A DNA stretch of 61,684 nucleotides, taken from assembly GCA_045600185.1 (NCBI GenBank), contig JAZRXK010000086.1, forward strand, positions 1-61,684, written 5' to 3'. Below the pieces are notes generated by a model. That model made no database searches. It was given only the letters and a program-made list of their open reading frames with translations, and had not been told where the DNA came from. Below are positions 46,418 through 55,964 of this stretch, in pieces (the stretch's first letter is position 1; each line of letters opens with the position of its first letter). Source of the DNA: Desulfocucumaceae bacterium. Lineage in GTDB: Bacteria; Bacillota; Desulfotomaculia; Desulfotomaculales; Desulfocucumaceae. Made by a program: the position numbers and the translations under genes.

Positions 46418-48095
46418 CTCCTGTTCCTACATAATGCAAAATTCCCCTTTGAGTCTGCATAATAATATCATATAAACGCCCCACCGTGGACCAATCCCGT
46501 ACAATATTAAAAATTTCCTTATGAATAATTTCCGGTTCGCCCAATTCATCGGTCATTTCCAAACCTGAAAGACGGCAACGCCTGTCCAACCATTCCCTGG
46601 TTAATTTTAGAGCGGATACTTCATCAAAATGACCTTCTTGCAGCTTATCCTGATAACCTTCTTCCAGAATGCTGTAAATTCGCTGCTGCGTATCTGCCCG
46701 CATGGTTACCTGCAAGGTAGGCCGAGCCAGAGCAGCTCCAATGGCATTGGCAATGCGGGCATAAGGAGGAATTACCGGGAAAGAACCAAGTCTGGCAGCA
46801 ATGGAAGTAATAAAGCCAGCCGCTCCGCCGCCTACCCCGACAATAAAGGGCGGTCTGATCCTGCGTTTTTGTAAAACCTCCCAAACCCGATAAACCGGAT
46901 GCTGTTCCCACTGCTTATACATTAAATCAATTTCTCTGGCAATCAATGCCGTTACCTGATTCACAATCCTAAAGGCAACTTCCACCGTACTTAAATTTAA
47001 GGGTTGTCCCAGCTCCTGCAAAGCTTTCCAGGCTAAATCATAATCGCCAATCCTGCTTAAACCCAAAATTCGCAGGGCATCAGTGGGAGTGGGAGCTGAA
47101 CCGCCCAAACAGCAGGGAGAACCCTGTCGGTAGGAATAAATAATAATCTCCTGTCCGGCTCTGCCCACCAGAGAATCGCCTCCGACTGGAACCGACTTAA
47201 CTGCCAAAGCCCGCACTTGAGTCGGCCAATTATTAACTTTGGCTCCTTTAACATCCAATAAGGGCTTACCGGAAATAATCAAGGCCAAATCAGAGGTAGT
47301 TCCGCCTATATCCACGGCCACTGCCGTTTCACCGGGAGGCAGTAAAGCCTGCACTCCAAGGGTGCTGGCGGCTGGACCGCTGAAAATGGTTTCAACAGGT
47401 CTGGACTTGGATTGGTGCAGCAGCAAAGTTCCAGCATCTGCTTTCAAAATATAGACCGGACAGTTAATTTGCCGCTGCCTTAAAGCTTCTTCCACCGATT
47501 TAAGGAAAAACTGATATTTTTCCCGTGTGGCACAGGTTAACAATGTGGAGGCAATTCGGCGAGGATAATTAAGCTGACCGGCTGCCTTGTGTCCCAGTTC
47601 AATCTGCCAATCCGGATAACGGGAATGAATAATTTCGGCTACTTGCAGTTCCTGACAATTATTGCGGCAGGAAAATTTACCAATTACGGCTGCCTTCTGA
47701 TAACCACAGGCAGCCAAAGCGGAAATAGCGTTGTTGATTTCGGCCGGATCCAGAGGAACTATTTCCCGCCCTCGATAGTCAATAACCCCATTGATAATCT
47801 GAGTATTGGGAGAATAATGACGATAATAATCCAATTTCAGGCCGGGACCGGGAATTAAAATCAGGCCAACCGGATCATATTTTTTTTCAGCAATTAAGTT
47901 GGTAATCATGGTGGTACTTAAAGTTACCCTGGTAATCATATCCGGCGGAGTCCATTTTAAAACGCCGTCCAGGGCTTCCAGCAAAGTGGTTAATAAATCT
48001 GTTTTGGTCGGAACCTTAATCCAGTTTTTGACCAGACCCTTTTCCATCAGTACAGAATCGGTACAGGTTCCCCCGACATCGATTCCTATATACAC
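46392..48095 (-). CDS. Hydantoinase/oxoprolinase-family (ASKHA-fold ATPase) protein
   Basis: 567 aa. Phosphate-binding motifs MYIGIDVGGTCTDSV and AVDIGGTTSDLALI, plus GVGGGAAGF. Confidence 0.75.
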   Translation of the reverse strand: MYIGIDVGGTCTDSVLMEKGLVKNWIKVPTKTDLLTTLLEALDGVLKWTPPDMITRVTLSTTMITNLIAEKKYDPVGLILIPGPGLKLDYYRHYSPNTQIINGVIDYRGREIVPLDPAEINNAISALAACGYQKAAVIGKFSCRNNCQELQVAEIIHSRYPDWQIELGHKAAGQLNYPRRIASTLLTCATREKYQFFLKSVEEALRQRQINCPVYILKADAGTLLLHQSKSRPVETIFSGPAASTLGVQALLPPGETAVAVDIGGTTSDLALIISGKPLLDVKGAKVNNWPTQVRALAVKSVPVGGDSLVGRAGQEIIIYSYRQGSPCCLGGSAPTPTDALRILGLSRIGDYDLAWKALQELGQPLNLSTVEVAFRIVNQVTALIAREIDLMYKQWEQHPVYRVWEVLQKRRIRPPFIVGVGGGAAGFITSIAARLGSFPVIPPYARIANAIGAALARPTLQVTMRADTQQRIYSILEEGYQDKLQEGHFDEVSALKLTREWLDRRCRLSGLEMTDELGEPEIIHKEIFNIVRDWSTVGRLYDIIMQTQRGILHYVGTGDEKSDQIQ

Positions 48096-48133
48096 AGCTC
48101 TTCACCTGCCTTTCTGCTTTATATCAACTGCCG

Positions 48134-50734
48134 CTAAAGTTCTTTATTCAGAAGTTCCTGCCATTGCACAATTCTTTGAAAAGCCTCCAAAGGAGTAAGC
48201 TCCAAAAGATCCACCTGCTTTAGTTCAGCCAGAACTCTGGCCTGCTCCGGATTAACCTGCTCTGCCTTTTGTTCAGGAAGCTCCAATAAGATGGTTTTAT
48301 CCTGATTTTGCTCCAAAACCTGCATTTGAGCTTGAGCCTGCAAAATTACGCTTTCCGGCAATCCGGCCAAAGCTGCCACCTGAATACCATAACTTGAACT
48401 GGCTTTGCCGGGAACCACCTTATGTAAAAAATAAATTTTATTTTCCTGTTCTTCTACCAGCATGGTAGCCAACTGAATTCCCTTCAGCTCGCCTAAGTCA
48501 GTTAATTCATGATAGTGAGTGGAAAAAATGGTTTTGACTTTCAGACGGTTTAAAAGGTAATCCACCAAAGCCCTGGCCAGACTGATTCCATCATAAGTAC
48601 TGGTACCCCGTCCCACTTCATCCATAATAACCAGACTGTTGGCTGTTGCATTGGCCAAAATAACCTGACATTCTTTCATTTCCACCATAAAGGTACTTTG
48701 CCCCCCGGCCAGATCATCAGCGGCTCCAATGCGGGTAAAAATTCGATCTACTACGCCAATTTCGGCTTCTTCCGATGGAATAAAGCTTCCAGCCTGAGCC
48801 ATAATGGTTAATAAGGCCGCCTGCCGCATATAGGTGCTTTTACCGGCCATATTGGGTCCGGTCAGCAGTAACAACTGGTTGTCCTCTGACAATTCCAGAT
48901 CGTTGGCCACAAAATTACCCGGTCCCAAAACCTTTTCCACCACAGGATGCCGTCCACCCCGAATTAAAATTTTTTCTTTGTCATTTATTCTAGGCCGACG
49001 GTAATTTTCCTTTAAAGCTGTTTGAGCAAATGAAACAATTACATCCAGAACTGCCAGAAAACCGGCTGTTCGCAACAGGCGATCGGACATTTCTCCTACC
49101 TTATTTCTCAGATCGCAAAAAATCTCATATTCCATTTGCAGGCTTTTTTCTTCAGCTCCCAAAATTTGTTCTTCCATAGCTTTTAAGGCCGGATTTAAAT
49201 ATCTTTCAGCATTAACCAGAGTTTGTTTCCGAATATAATCATCCGGTACTGCTCCGCTTTGGGCTTTGCTGACCTCCAGATAATAACCGAAAACTTTATT
49301 AAAACCTACTTTTAAAGTTTTAATTCCGGTGCGTTGTTTTTCCTGAGCTTCAAAATCCAACAGCCAATCCTGACCTTCCCTGGCTGCCGTCTTTAAACGA
49401 TCCACATCTTCCCGATAACCTTCCCGAATTAAGCCGCCTTCTTTTAAAGAAACTGGAGCCTCTTCGTTTAAGGCGGAATTTAATTCCTGAGCCAAATCCT
49501 GCAAATCATCAATTTGCTGATAAATTTCCTGTAAAAGATCGGCTTGACAATGGCTTAAAATTTCTACAATATCCGGAATTTTTAACAAAGAATCCTTTAA
49601 GGCCAGCAAATCACGAGCGTTAGCCGAACCAAAATTAGCCCGACTGGTCAATCTTTCCAGATCATATACCCCGTTCAATAATTCGTCAAGCTGTTCCCGG
49701 CTGAAAATATCTTCTACCAACCAGGCAACTGCATCCAGGCGTTGATTGATTACATCGGGCTGCACTAAGGGGCGTTCCAGCCAATTTCTCAACAGTCTGG
49801 CTCCCATGGAAGTTCGAGTATGATCCAAAACCCAGATTAAAGTTCCCCATCGTTCATTGTTTCGCAAAGAAGCCGTCAGTTCAAGATTTCTCCGGGTATT
49901 GGCATCCAGAACCATAAAATTGCTGCCGCCCAAAAGCTGGGCTTCCGAAAAGAGCCGAACTTCTTTCTTTTGGGTTTGTTCCAAATAGAGCAGCAAAACT
50001 CCCGCCGCCAAAAGTCCCAGCGGCAGATTTTGCAGTTCTTTCCAGTTGCGTTGCCTGCTCCACAGATCCCTGACTTTTTTCAGAGCCTTATTTTTCTGAA
50101 AAAAGTCATTTCCCAGGCGAGTAAGAACTGGATTGATGCGATTTTGCACTTCAGATAAAAAATCCTGACTAAGCTGATATTGTTCCATGCCAGCATAAGA
50201 CATATCCGGCAGTAATAATTCGGTCGGCTGCAAACGAAATAATTCATCAGCCAGAGCAGATGAAAAATAAAATTGAGCAATTTGCAGCAAGCCGGTGCTA
50301 ATATCGGCTATGGCCAGCCCATAACCCTTCAAGTCCGGCCAGATTGCACTTAAAAAATTATGTTCTTTTTCCTCCAGATTATTCAGAACCGTACCCGGAG
50401 TAATAATGCGGACTACCTCTCTTTTAACAATACCTTTGCTGGCCGAGGCATCTTCAACCTGCTCACAAATGGACACTTTATACCCCTGAGCAATCAGTTT
50501 GGCAATATAGCTTTCCGCAGAATGATATGGCACGCCACACATGGGGATTTTTTCTTTTTCTCCCCCGTCCCGGCTGGTCAAGGTTATCTCCAGAATTTTG
50601 GAAGCCAGCAGGGCATCATCCAAAAACATTTCATAAAAATCGCCTAAACGAAAAAATAAAATAGTATCCGGATGTTGAGCTTTGATTTCCAGATACTGCT
50701 TTATCATGGGAGTTCTAGCCATCTTTTCAGCCAT
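48134..50734 (-). CDS. mutS: DNA mismatch repair protein MutS
   Basis: 866 aa. TPMIKQYLEIKAQHPDTILFFRLGDFYEMF and Walker A GPNMAGKST. Confidence 0.95.
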   Translation of the reverse strand: MAEKMARTPMIKQYLEIKAQHPDTILFFRLGDFYEMFLDDALLASKILEITLTSRDGGEKEKIPMCGVPYHSAESYIAKLIAQGYKVSICEQVEDASASKGIVKREVVRIITPGTVLNNLEEKEHNFLSAIWPDLKGYGLAIADISTGLLQIAQFYFSSALADELFRLQPTELLLPDMSYAGMEQYQLSQDFLSEVQNRINPVLTRLGNDFFQKNKALKKVRDLWSRQRNWKELQNLPLGLLAAGVLLLYLEQTQKKEVRLFSEAQLLGGSNFMVLDANTRRNLELTASLRNNERWGTLIWVLDHTRTSMGARLLRNWLERPLVQPDVINQRLDAVAWLVEDIFSREQLDELLNGVYDLERLTSRANFGSANARDLLALKDSLLKIPDIVEILSHCQADLLQEIYQQIDDLQDLAQELNSALNEEAPVSLKEGGLIREGYREDVDRLKTAAREGQDWLLDFEAQEKQRTGIKTLKVGFNKVFGYYLEVSKAQSGAVPDDYIRKQTLVNAERYLNPALKAMEEQILGAEEKSLQMEYEIFCDLRNKVGEMSDRLLRTAGFLAVLDVIVSFAQTALKENYRRPRINDKEKILIRGGRHPVVEKVLGPGNFVANDLELSEDNQLLLLTGPNMAGKSTYMRQAALLTIMAQAGSFIPSEEAEIGVVDRIFTRIGAADDLAGGQSTFMVEMKECQVILANATANSLVIMDEVGRGTSTYDGISLARALVDYLLNRLKVKTIFSTHYHELTDLGELKGIQLATMLVEEQENKIYFLHKVVPGKASSSYGIQVAALAGLPESVILQAQAQMQVLEQNQDKTILLELPEQKAEQVNPEQARVLAELKQVDLLELTPLEAFQRIVQWQELLNKEL

Positions 50735-50757
50735 CCTTTTCTTTCCTGTTTCCGGTT

Positions 50758-51654
50758 TTAAACCTCAAGTCCGGTAAAGTCAAAATCCGGAATATATTCC
50801 AAACCCGAAGCTGTTTCTTCCTGTACAAAGGCTTGAGTAATACCCAAATCCAAAGCATAATCCAATAATTCCTGATACTCCCTTATGGTAACCGTTCTTT
50901 GTAATTCCGGAAAATTTTCCAGATTGCCCAGAGAGGTGTACTGATTCATCAAGCTTAACCAAATAGAGTTGCCGTAAGTCTTCCACAAATATTCCACCAG
51001 TTTCTTGCTGTCTTCCACCTGACCCGGCAAAAGCAAATGCCGCACCAAAACCCCTTTTTTCAGAATACCCTGAGATGAAAAGCAGATCTTGCCGGTTTGC
51101 CTGAACATTTCGGCCAAAGCTCGACTGGCTACAGCAAAATAATCAGATGCTTTGGAGTATCTTTGGCTTAATTGGGAGGAAAAATATTTCAGATCGGGTA
51201 AATAAATATCAATTAGACCCTTGAGTTTAGCCAGACTTTCTGTTTTCTCGTAGGCTGATGTATTATAGATCACCGGAATGGTCAAGCCCTGCTCTCTGGC
51301 CAACTGCAAAGCCTGAATTATTTGGGGCAGAAAATGACCGGCAGTCACCAGATTCAAATTATGGGCTTTCTGTTCCTGCAAGTTTAAAAAAATTTGAGCC
51401 AACTGTTCCGGAGTGAGAATCCGGCCAATTTGGCCGGAAGAAACAGGGTAATTCTGGCAATAAACACAATGCAGGGAACAACCGCTGAAAAAAACATTGC
51501 CTGAACCCCGGCTGCCGGAAATACAGGGTTCTTCTCCATAATATAAAGCTGCTCTGGCGGCTCGAATCTGGCTGGTTTCGCCGCAATAGCCTTTTTCCCC
51601 CTGATCCCGAACTGCTCCGCAATTACGAGGACATAAATTACATTTCATTTTCAT
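50758..51654 (-). CDS. Radical SAM protein, PflX-like (pyruvate formate-lyase activase-related)
   Basis: 298 aa. N-terminal CNLCPRNC cluster and a CxxxCxxC radical-SAM motif in GCSLHCVYCQN. Confidence 0.75.
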   Translation of the reverse strand: MKMKCNLCPRNCGAVRDQGEKGYCGETSQIRAARAALYYGEEPCISGSRGSGNVFFSGCSLHCVYCQNYPVSSGQIGRILTPEQLAQIFLNLQEQKAHNLNLVTAGHFLPQIIQALQLAREQGLTIPVIYNTSAYEKTESLAKLKGLIDIYLPDLKYFSSQLSQRYSKASDYFAVASRALAEMFRQTGKICFSSQGILKKGVLVRHLLLPGQVEDSKKLVEYLWKTYGNSIWLSLMNQYTSLGNLENFPELQRTVTIREYQELLDYALDLGITQAFVQEETASGLEYIPDFDFTGLEV

Positions 51655-52225
51655 CTAAATAACTGGCCTGCATATCAGCTATATGTAGCTGCAAAGCCAA
51701 AGGAAACAGATTGAAAGCCCGCCCCACCAGAAAACTGTTGCCCTTAACAGTATCATCAAATCCGCCCATATGCCAGCGAATGGCCATGGCTTCTTCTCTG
51801 GACAGATGTATAAAGGAACTGATAATATAAACCGATTTTTCCCCATGCCCATAAGGCACCAAATCCTCTGTGGTATAAAAAGGAACCTGATACCATTGAC
51901 CATATTCATCTTTTTTATTACGCATTTCAACCTTGTAATAATTTACCTTGCAAACATCATGCAAAAGACCACAAATGGCCAGTGTTTCGGCCAAAGCAGG
52001 TTCCAGCTCCTCTGTTTGGTCAAGGTTATTTTCAAACATAATCAGCTTTTTCAGCCGAAAATAAACATTCAGGCTATGCTCACAAAGACCACCTTCCCGG
52101 CTCAAATGAAAACGACTGCTGGCCGGAGCCGTAAAAAAATCGGAACGCTCCAGCCAGGCCAGCAGTTTATCTCCGCCGGGGCGGGTAATATTTTTTTGAT
52201 AAATTTCGAGAAATTGTTTTTTCAT
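51638..52225 (-). CDS. HD-domain phosphohydrolase-like protein
   Basis: 195 aa. H...HD signature (EHSLNV ... GLLHDVCK) and GHGEKS. Its stop overlaps the radical SAM start by 17 nt. Confidence 0.65.
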   Translation of the reverse strand: MKKQFLEIYQKNITRPGGDKLLAWLERSDFFTAPASSRFHLSREGGLCEHSLNVYFRLKKLIMFENNLDQTEELEPALAETLAICGLLHDVCKVNYYKVEMRNKKDEYGQWYQVPFYTTEDLVPYGHGEKSVYIISSFIHLSREEAMAIRWHMGGFDDTVKGNSFLVGRAFNLFPLALQLHIADMQASYLDENEM

Positions 52226-52537
52226 ATTTTTCCCTTACTTTCTTCAAGCTTAATAACCGACAAACAAGGGTCGTTTTGATTTTATATAATATTATACTAT
52301 TATAACAACTAATTGAAAATCAAACAAGCTTTATTTGAATTGAAAGTTATTTCCAAATGATTTTCTTCAACATCAACTTATCTTTGGGGAGGTTGGAACA
52401 GCCTGCTTGCTTTTTGAAAACAAATTTCAGGACTTTTGCAGGAAAAAAAGGCAGAAAAAAGGAAATAATAAAGCCAGATTAGCTGGATTTGACAATCGTA
52501 ATTCTTCCGGGACTAAACAGGACTCCACCAAAACGAG

Positions 52538-54835
52538 GTGAATAAAATTAAAAAATTAACTCTTATCCTGATTATTTTGCTTTTCATCTCCAGTCCAGCT
52601 CAGGCTCAAAGCAATTTAAACAACCTGCTGCCTCCGATTGACTCCAAAGATTTTCAGGCTTTGGAGGGACGGAACGGTAAAAAGGTTGTTTGGGTTTTAA
52701 TAGATAAAATGTCTTTGGAGCTTTTGCAGCAAGAACAGCTTCCCAATTTTCAAAAGCTTTGGCAGCAAGGGGCAGTGGCTCTTGTCAACTGTCGAACCAG
52801 CGGCAGCATTAACACCAAAAATACTTATTTAACCATGGGCTCCGGCATCAAACTGAAAGCCTCGGATCAATCGCTTTCAGCTTATTCCTACGAGGATATT
52901 TGTCAGAAGCTGCCGGGCAATCAAACTTTGGCCAGAGACGAATATCTCTGGCTAAACGGAACAAGCCCGTCACCCGGTTCCATTTTTACTTTAAAAGTCA
53001 ATCATCTTTATAATTTAAATTCCAATTCCAATCACGACTTAATTTTAGGCAGTTTGGGAGAAACCCTGCATAAGCACCAGCTTCAAACGGCAGTTTTGGG
53101 CAATTCTGATTACAGCAAAACCAATCTGCAAAAGCCGGGAGTACTGGCTGCCATGGATAGTCAGGGTCTTGTGGATCGGGGTTATATTGGAGCAGAAACC
53201 TTGATTGATGATGATAATTTTATCAATGGTTTTCATACTGACTATGACCGATTATTGCAGTATTATCAGGAAGTAGCTGAACAAAGCTCCTTAATCGTTA
53301 TTGATCTGGGAGATTTCAGCCGAATATATTATAATTGGGATTATTTATCCCTGCCAAGAATCAACGACATGAACCAGGCTACTTTATTGCGTATGGATCA
53401 ATTTTTGGGTTCTTTGCTGGAAATAATTGATCCCCAGGAAGATTTGCTGGCTGTTACCGTTCCTTCTCCGGGCTGTCAGGTCAGCGAAGATGGTAAAAAC
53501 GATAAAGTAACCTGGACGGTTTTTTATAATCGCAATTTGCCGACCGGGCTTTTATTTTCGCCTACCACCCGCCGCCCCGGTTTAATCGACAATACTGATT
53601 TGGTACCGGCTTTTTTAAGTTGGCTGAACTGTGAAATTCCGGCAGAAATTGATGGAAGGATGCCTGGTATTATTCAATTTGACCAAAATTCCCTGCTGAC
53701 TTTACAGGCTATGGCTAAACAATTATCTGTAAATAATGACACCCGCCCCATTGTTACCAAAATTTATATTTATCTGCAAATAACCCTGTTAATTTTAGCC
53801 TGGATTTTGCTTTGGCGGCAATTCAGATTTGGTCAATATCTCAAGCCCTGCTTATTTATAGTTCCCCTGATGCCGCTGGTTTTGCTTCTTCTGCCTCTTT
53901 TGCCCGGCTCAAATCTTTGGCTGATTCTTGGGGAATTTGTCTTGCTGACTGCTTTTTTAACTTTTATCTTTGTTCGCCTGCATCATAAAACCGGTCATGG
54001 CTGGCTGGTTTTGGGAATTTTGCTGGCCGGGTTAATTTTGGCCGATACTTTGAGCGGCTCTGTTTTGCAAAAATCTTCTCTGTTCAGCTATGATCCCATT
54101 ATCGGAGCCAGATTTTACGGCATTGGCAACGAATATATGGGAGCCTGTCTGGGTGCTTTAATTTGGGGCATCACCAGTCTTTATTTACCTTTACAAAAAC
54201 ATCGGAAAATCTTCTGGGCAGGAGCCGGATTTCTTTGCTTCGCAGCCGTTTTAATTATGGCTTTACCCTCTTTGGGAACCAATGTAGGCGGCAGTATTGC
54301 TTCCATAGCCGCTTATTTGTTTTTGCTGTTGCTTTTAAGGGAAAAGAAGATAAATGGCAAAATTATTCTGGTTATCATTGGAACAGTTGTTCTTGGCCTG
54401 ACTGGCTTTATTGCTTATGACCTGCTTCGTCCGGCTGAGCTGCAAAGTCATATGGGACAAACCGCCTCTTTAATTTTTTCCGAAGCTTCCAATGGCTGGG
54501 CAGAAATTCAGGAAATTATTGGGCGGAAGCTGGGAACCAATATGCGTTTATTATATACTTCAATTTGGGGCAAAGCTTTACTTCTGCAATTATTGCTTCT
54601 AATCTTCCTATATAATCAGGAGCATAATAAGCTCCTGAAAAATGCTTTAAAAAACTGGCGAATACACAACCCAATTTTCCGAAAAGGTATGCTGGCCATT
54701 GGGGTGGGAGCTTTGATCGCCTTTGCTTTTAATGATTCAGGAATTTTGTCAGCTGTAATTTGCAGCAGTTATGCTCTTTTCCCACTTTTAGACGGGCTGT
54801 GGAATACTTTATACCCCACCAGGCTTAACCATTAA
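52538..54835 (+). CDS. Large polytopic membrane protein with an N-terminal extracytoplasmic domain (function unknown)
   Basis: 765 aa: signal peptide (..SSPAQAQS), a soluble domain of about 370 aa, then about 10 hydrophobic segments. Confidence 0.6.
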   Translation: MNKIKKLTLILIILLFISSPAQAQSNLNNLLPPIDSKDFQALEGRNGKKVVWVLIDKMSLELLQQEQLPNFQKLWQQGAVALVNCRTSGSINTKNTYLTMGSGIKLKASDQSLSAYSYEDICQKLPGNQTLARDEYLWLNGTSPSPGSIFTLKVNHLYNLNSNSNHDLILGSLGETLHKHQLQTAVLGNSDYSKTNLQKPGVLAAMDSQGLVDRGYIGAETLIDDDNFINGFHTDYDRLLQYYQEVAEQSSLIVIDLGDFSRIYYNWDYLSLPRINDMNQATLLRMDQFLGSLLEIIDPQEDLLAVTVPSPGCQVSEDGKNDKVTWTVFYNRNLPTGLLFSPTTRRPGLIDNTDLVPAFLSWLNCEIPAEIDGRMPGIIQFDQNSLLTLQAMAKQLSVNNDTRPIVTKIYIYLQITLLILAWILLWRQFRFGQYLKPCLFIVPLMPLVLLLLPLLPGSNLWLILGEFVLLTAFLTFIFVRLHHKTGHGWLVLGILLAGLILADTLSGSVLQKSSLFSYDPIIGARFYGIGNEYMGACLGALIWGITSLYLPLQKHRKIFWAGAGFLCFAAVLIMALPSLGTNVGGSIASIAAYLFLLLLLREKKINGKIILVIIGTVVLGLTGFIAYDLLRPAELQSHMGQTASLIFSEASNGWAEIQEIIGRKLGTNMRLLYTSIWGKALLLQLLLLIFLYNQEHNKLLKNALKNWRIHNPIFRKGMLAIGVGALIAFAFNDSGILSAVICSSYALFPLLDGLWNTLYPTRLNH

Positions 54836-54849
54836 GGAGGTTATATCTT

Positions 54850-55584
54850 ATGTTATTGGGACGCTTTGCTTTACAGGATCAAATTTTCACTGGCAAGATC
54901 GTTGACCAGCAGGTTTTTCCCCTGGAAAACTTGCCAGACAATCCGATTTTCAATTTGAATGATTTAAAAATACTGCCTCCCTGTCAGCCTTCCAAAATTA
55001 TCGGCGTAGGCTTAAATTATCAGGAGCATATTCGGGAACTGGATTTTTCCCGGCCTGAACAGCCAGTTTTGTTCTTTAAGCCACCGACTGCTTTAATTGG
55101 CAGTGGTGAAAAAATTTTGCTGCCAGCCAGCAGTTCGCAGGTAGAATATGAAGGAGAACTGGCCATAGTTATGGGTGCTGTGGCGAATAAAGTTGCAATA
55201 CAGGAGGCTGAAAATTATATTTCAGGTTATACTATTGCCAATGATGTAACTGCCAGAGATTTGCAAAAGAAAGATGGGCAATGGACCCGCTCCAAATCTT
55301 TCAACACTTTTTTGCCCCTGGGACCCTTTATTCAAACTGATTTAAACCCGGAAACGGCTTCTGTTAAAACCTGGGTCAATGGGGAACTGAAGCAGGATGG
55401 CAATACCCGCAATCTGATCTTTTCCGTTTCTGAGCTGATCAGTTTTATTTCCCAGATTATGACTCTGCTGCCCGGTGATGTCATTATTACCGGAACTCCG
55501 GCTGGAGTGGGGGCTTTGCATAGTCAGGATATAGTCGAAATTGCAATAGCTGGAATCGGAAGCTTAAAAAATCAGGTTGAATAA
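54850..55584 (+). CDS. Fumarylacetoacetate hydrolase (FAH) family protein
   Basis: 244 aa. Typical FAH C-terminal-domain pattern: KIIGVGLNY..H, EGELAIV, and GDVIITGTPAGVG. Confidence 0.85.
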   Translation: MLLGRFALQDQIFTGKIVDQQVFPLENLPDNPIFNLNDLKILPPCQPSKIIGVGLNYQEHIRELDFSRPEQPVLFFKPPTALIGSGEKILLPASSSQVEYEGELAIVMGAVANKVAIQEAENYISGYTIANDVTARDLQKKDGQWTRSKSFNTFLPLGPFIQTDLNPETASVKTWVNGELKQDGNTRNLIFSVSELISFISQIMTLLPGDVIITGTPAGVGALHSQDIVEIAIAGIGSLKNQVE

Positions 55585-55586
55585 AA

Positions 55587-55633
55587 AAACTGTTCGCCAA
55601 TCAGCTTTTGCAAGCTTGTCCTGCGAACAGTTT
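55587..55633. terminator. Bidirectional terminator between convergent genes
   Basis: AAACTGTTCGC ... GCGAACAGTTT 11-bp outer stem with an inner AGCTT/AAGCT hairpin, flanked by A- and T-runs. Confidence 0.6.
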
Positions 55634-55639
55634 CGGTTC

Positions 55640-55849
55640 TTAAATAACCTCTTTATCTTCGTCGTGAGAGGCTGTTATGTGAAAATGGTTATAGCCCATT
55701 CGCAAAGAATGGATGGCTCCGCAGTGAGGGCAAGTTTTGGATTCTCCTTCTTTAAACCGCATTTCTCCAATATGCTTGCCGCAGCATTTAATTTCTACGC
55801 TTAAAATTTTATCATCATCCCGATAGTTGAAACGATAATCTGTTTTCAT
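55640..55849 (-). CDS. Small zinc-ribbon-like protein (69 aa)
   Basis: The cysteine pairs CC...CPHC (EIKCCGKH ... KTCPHCGAIH) suggest a zinc ribbon. Confidence 0.45.
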   Translation of the reverse strand: MKTDYRFNYRDDDKILSVEIKCCGKHIGEMRFKEGESKTCPHCGAIHSLRMGYNHFHITASHDEDKEVI

Positions 55850-55964
55850 GTTTCAACTCCTCCTTTCAAGGTTCTATATATATTATATAACTGATAAGGC
55901 AAATTAACAAAACTTTAATTTACTTTTCAGATAAAAATTTTTGAAATTAAGCAAGAGGTCTGTC

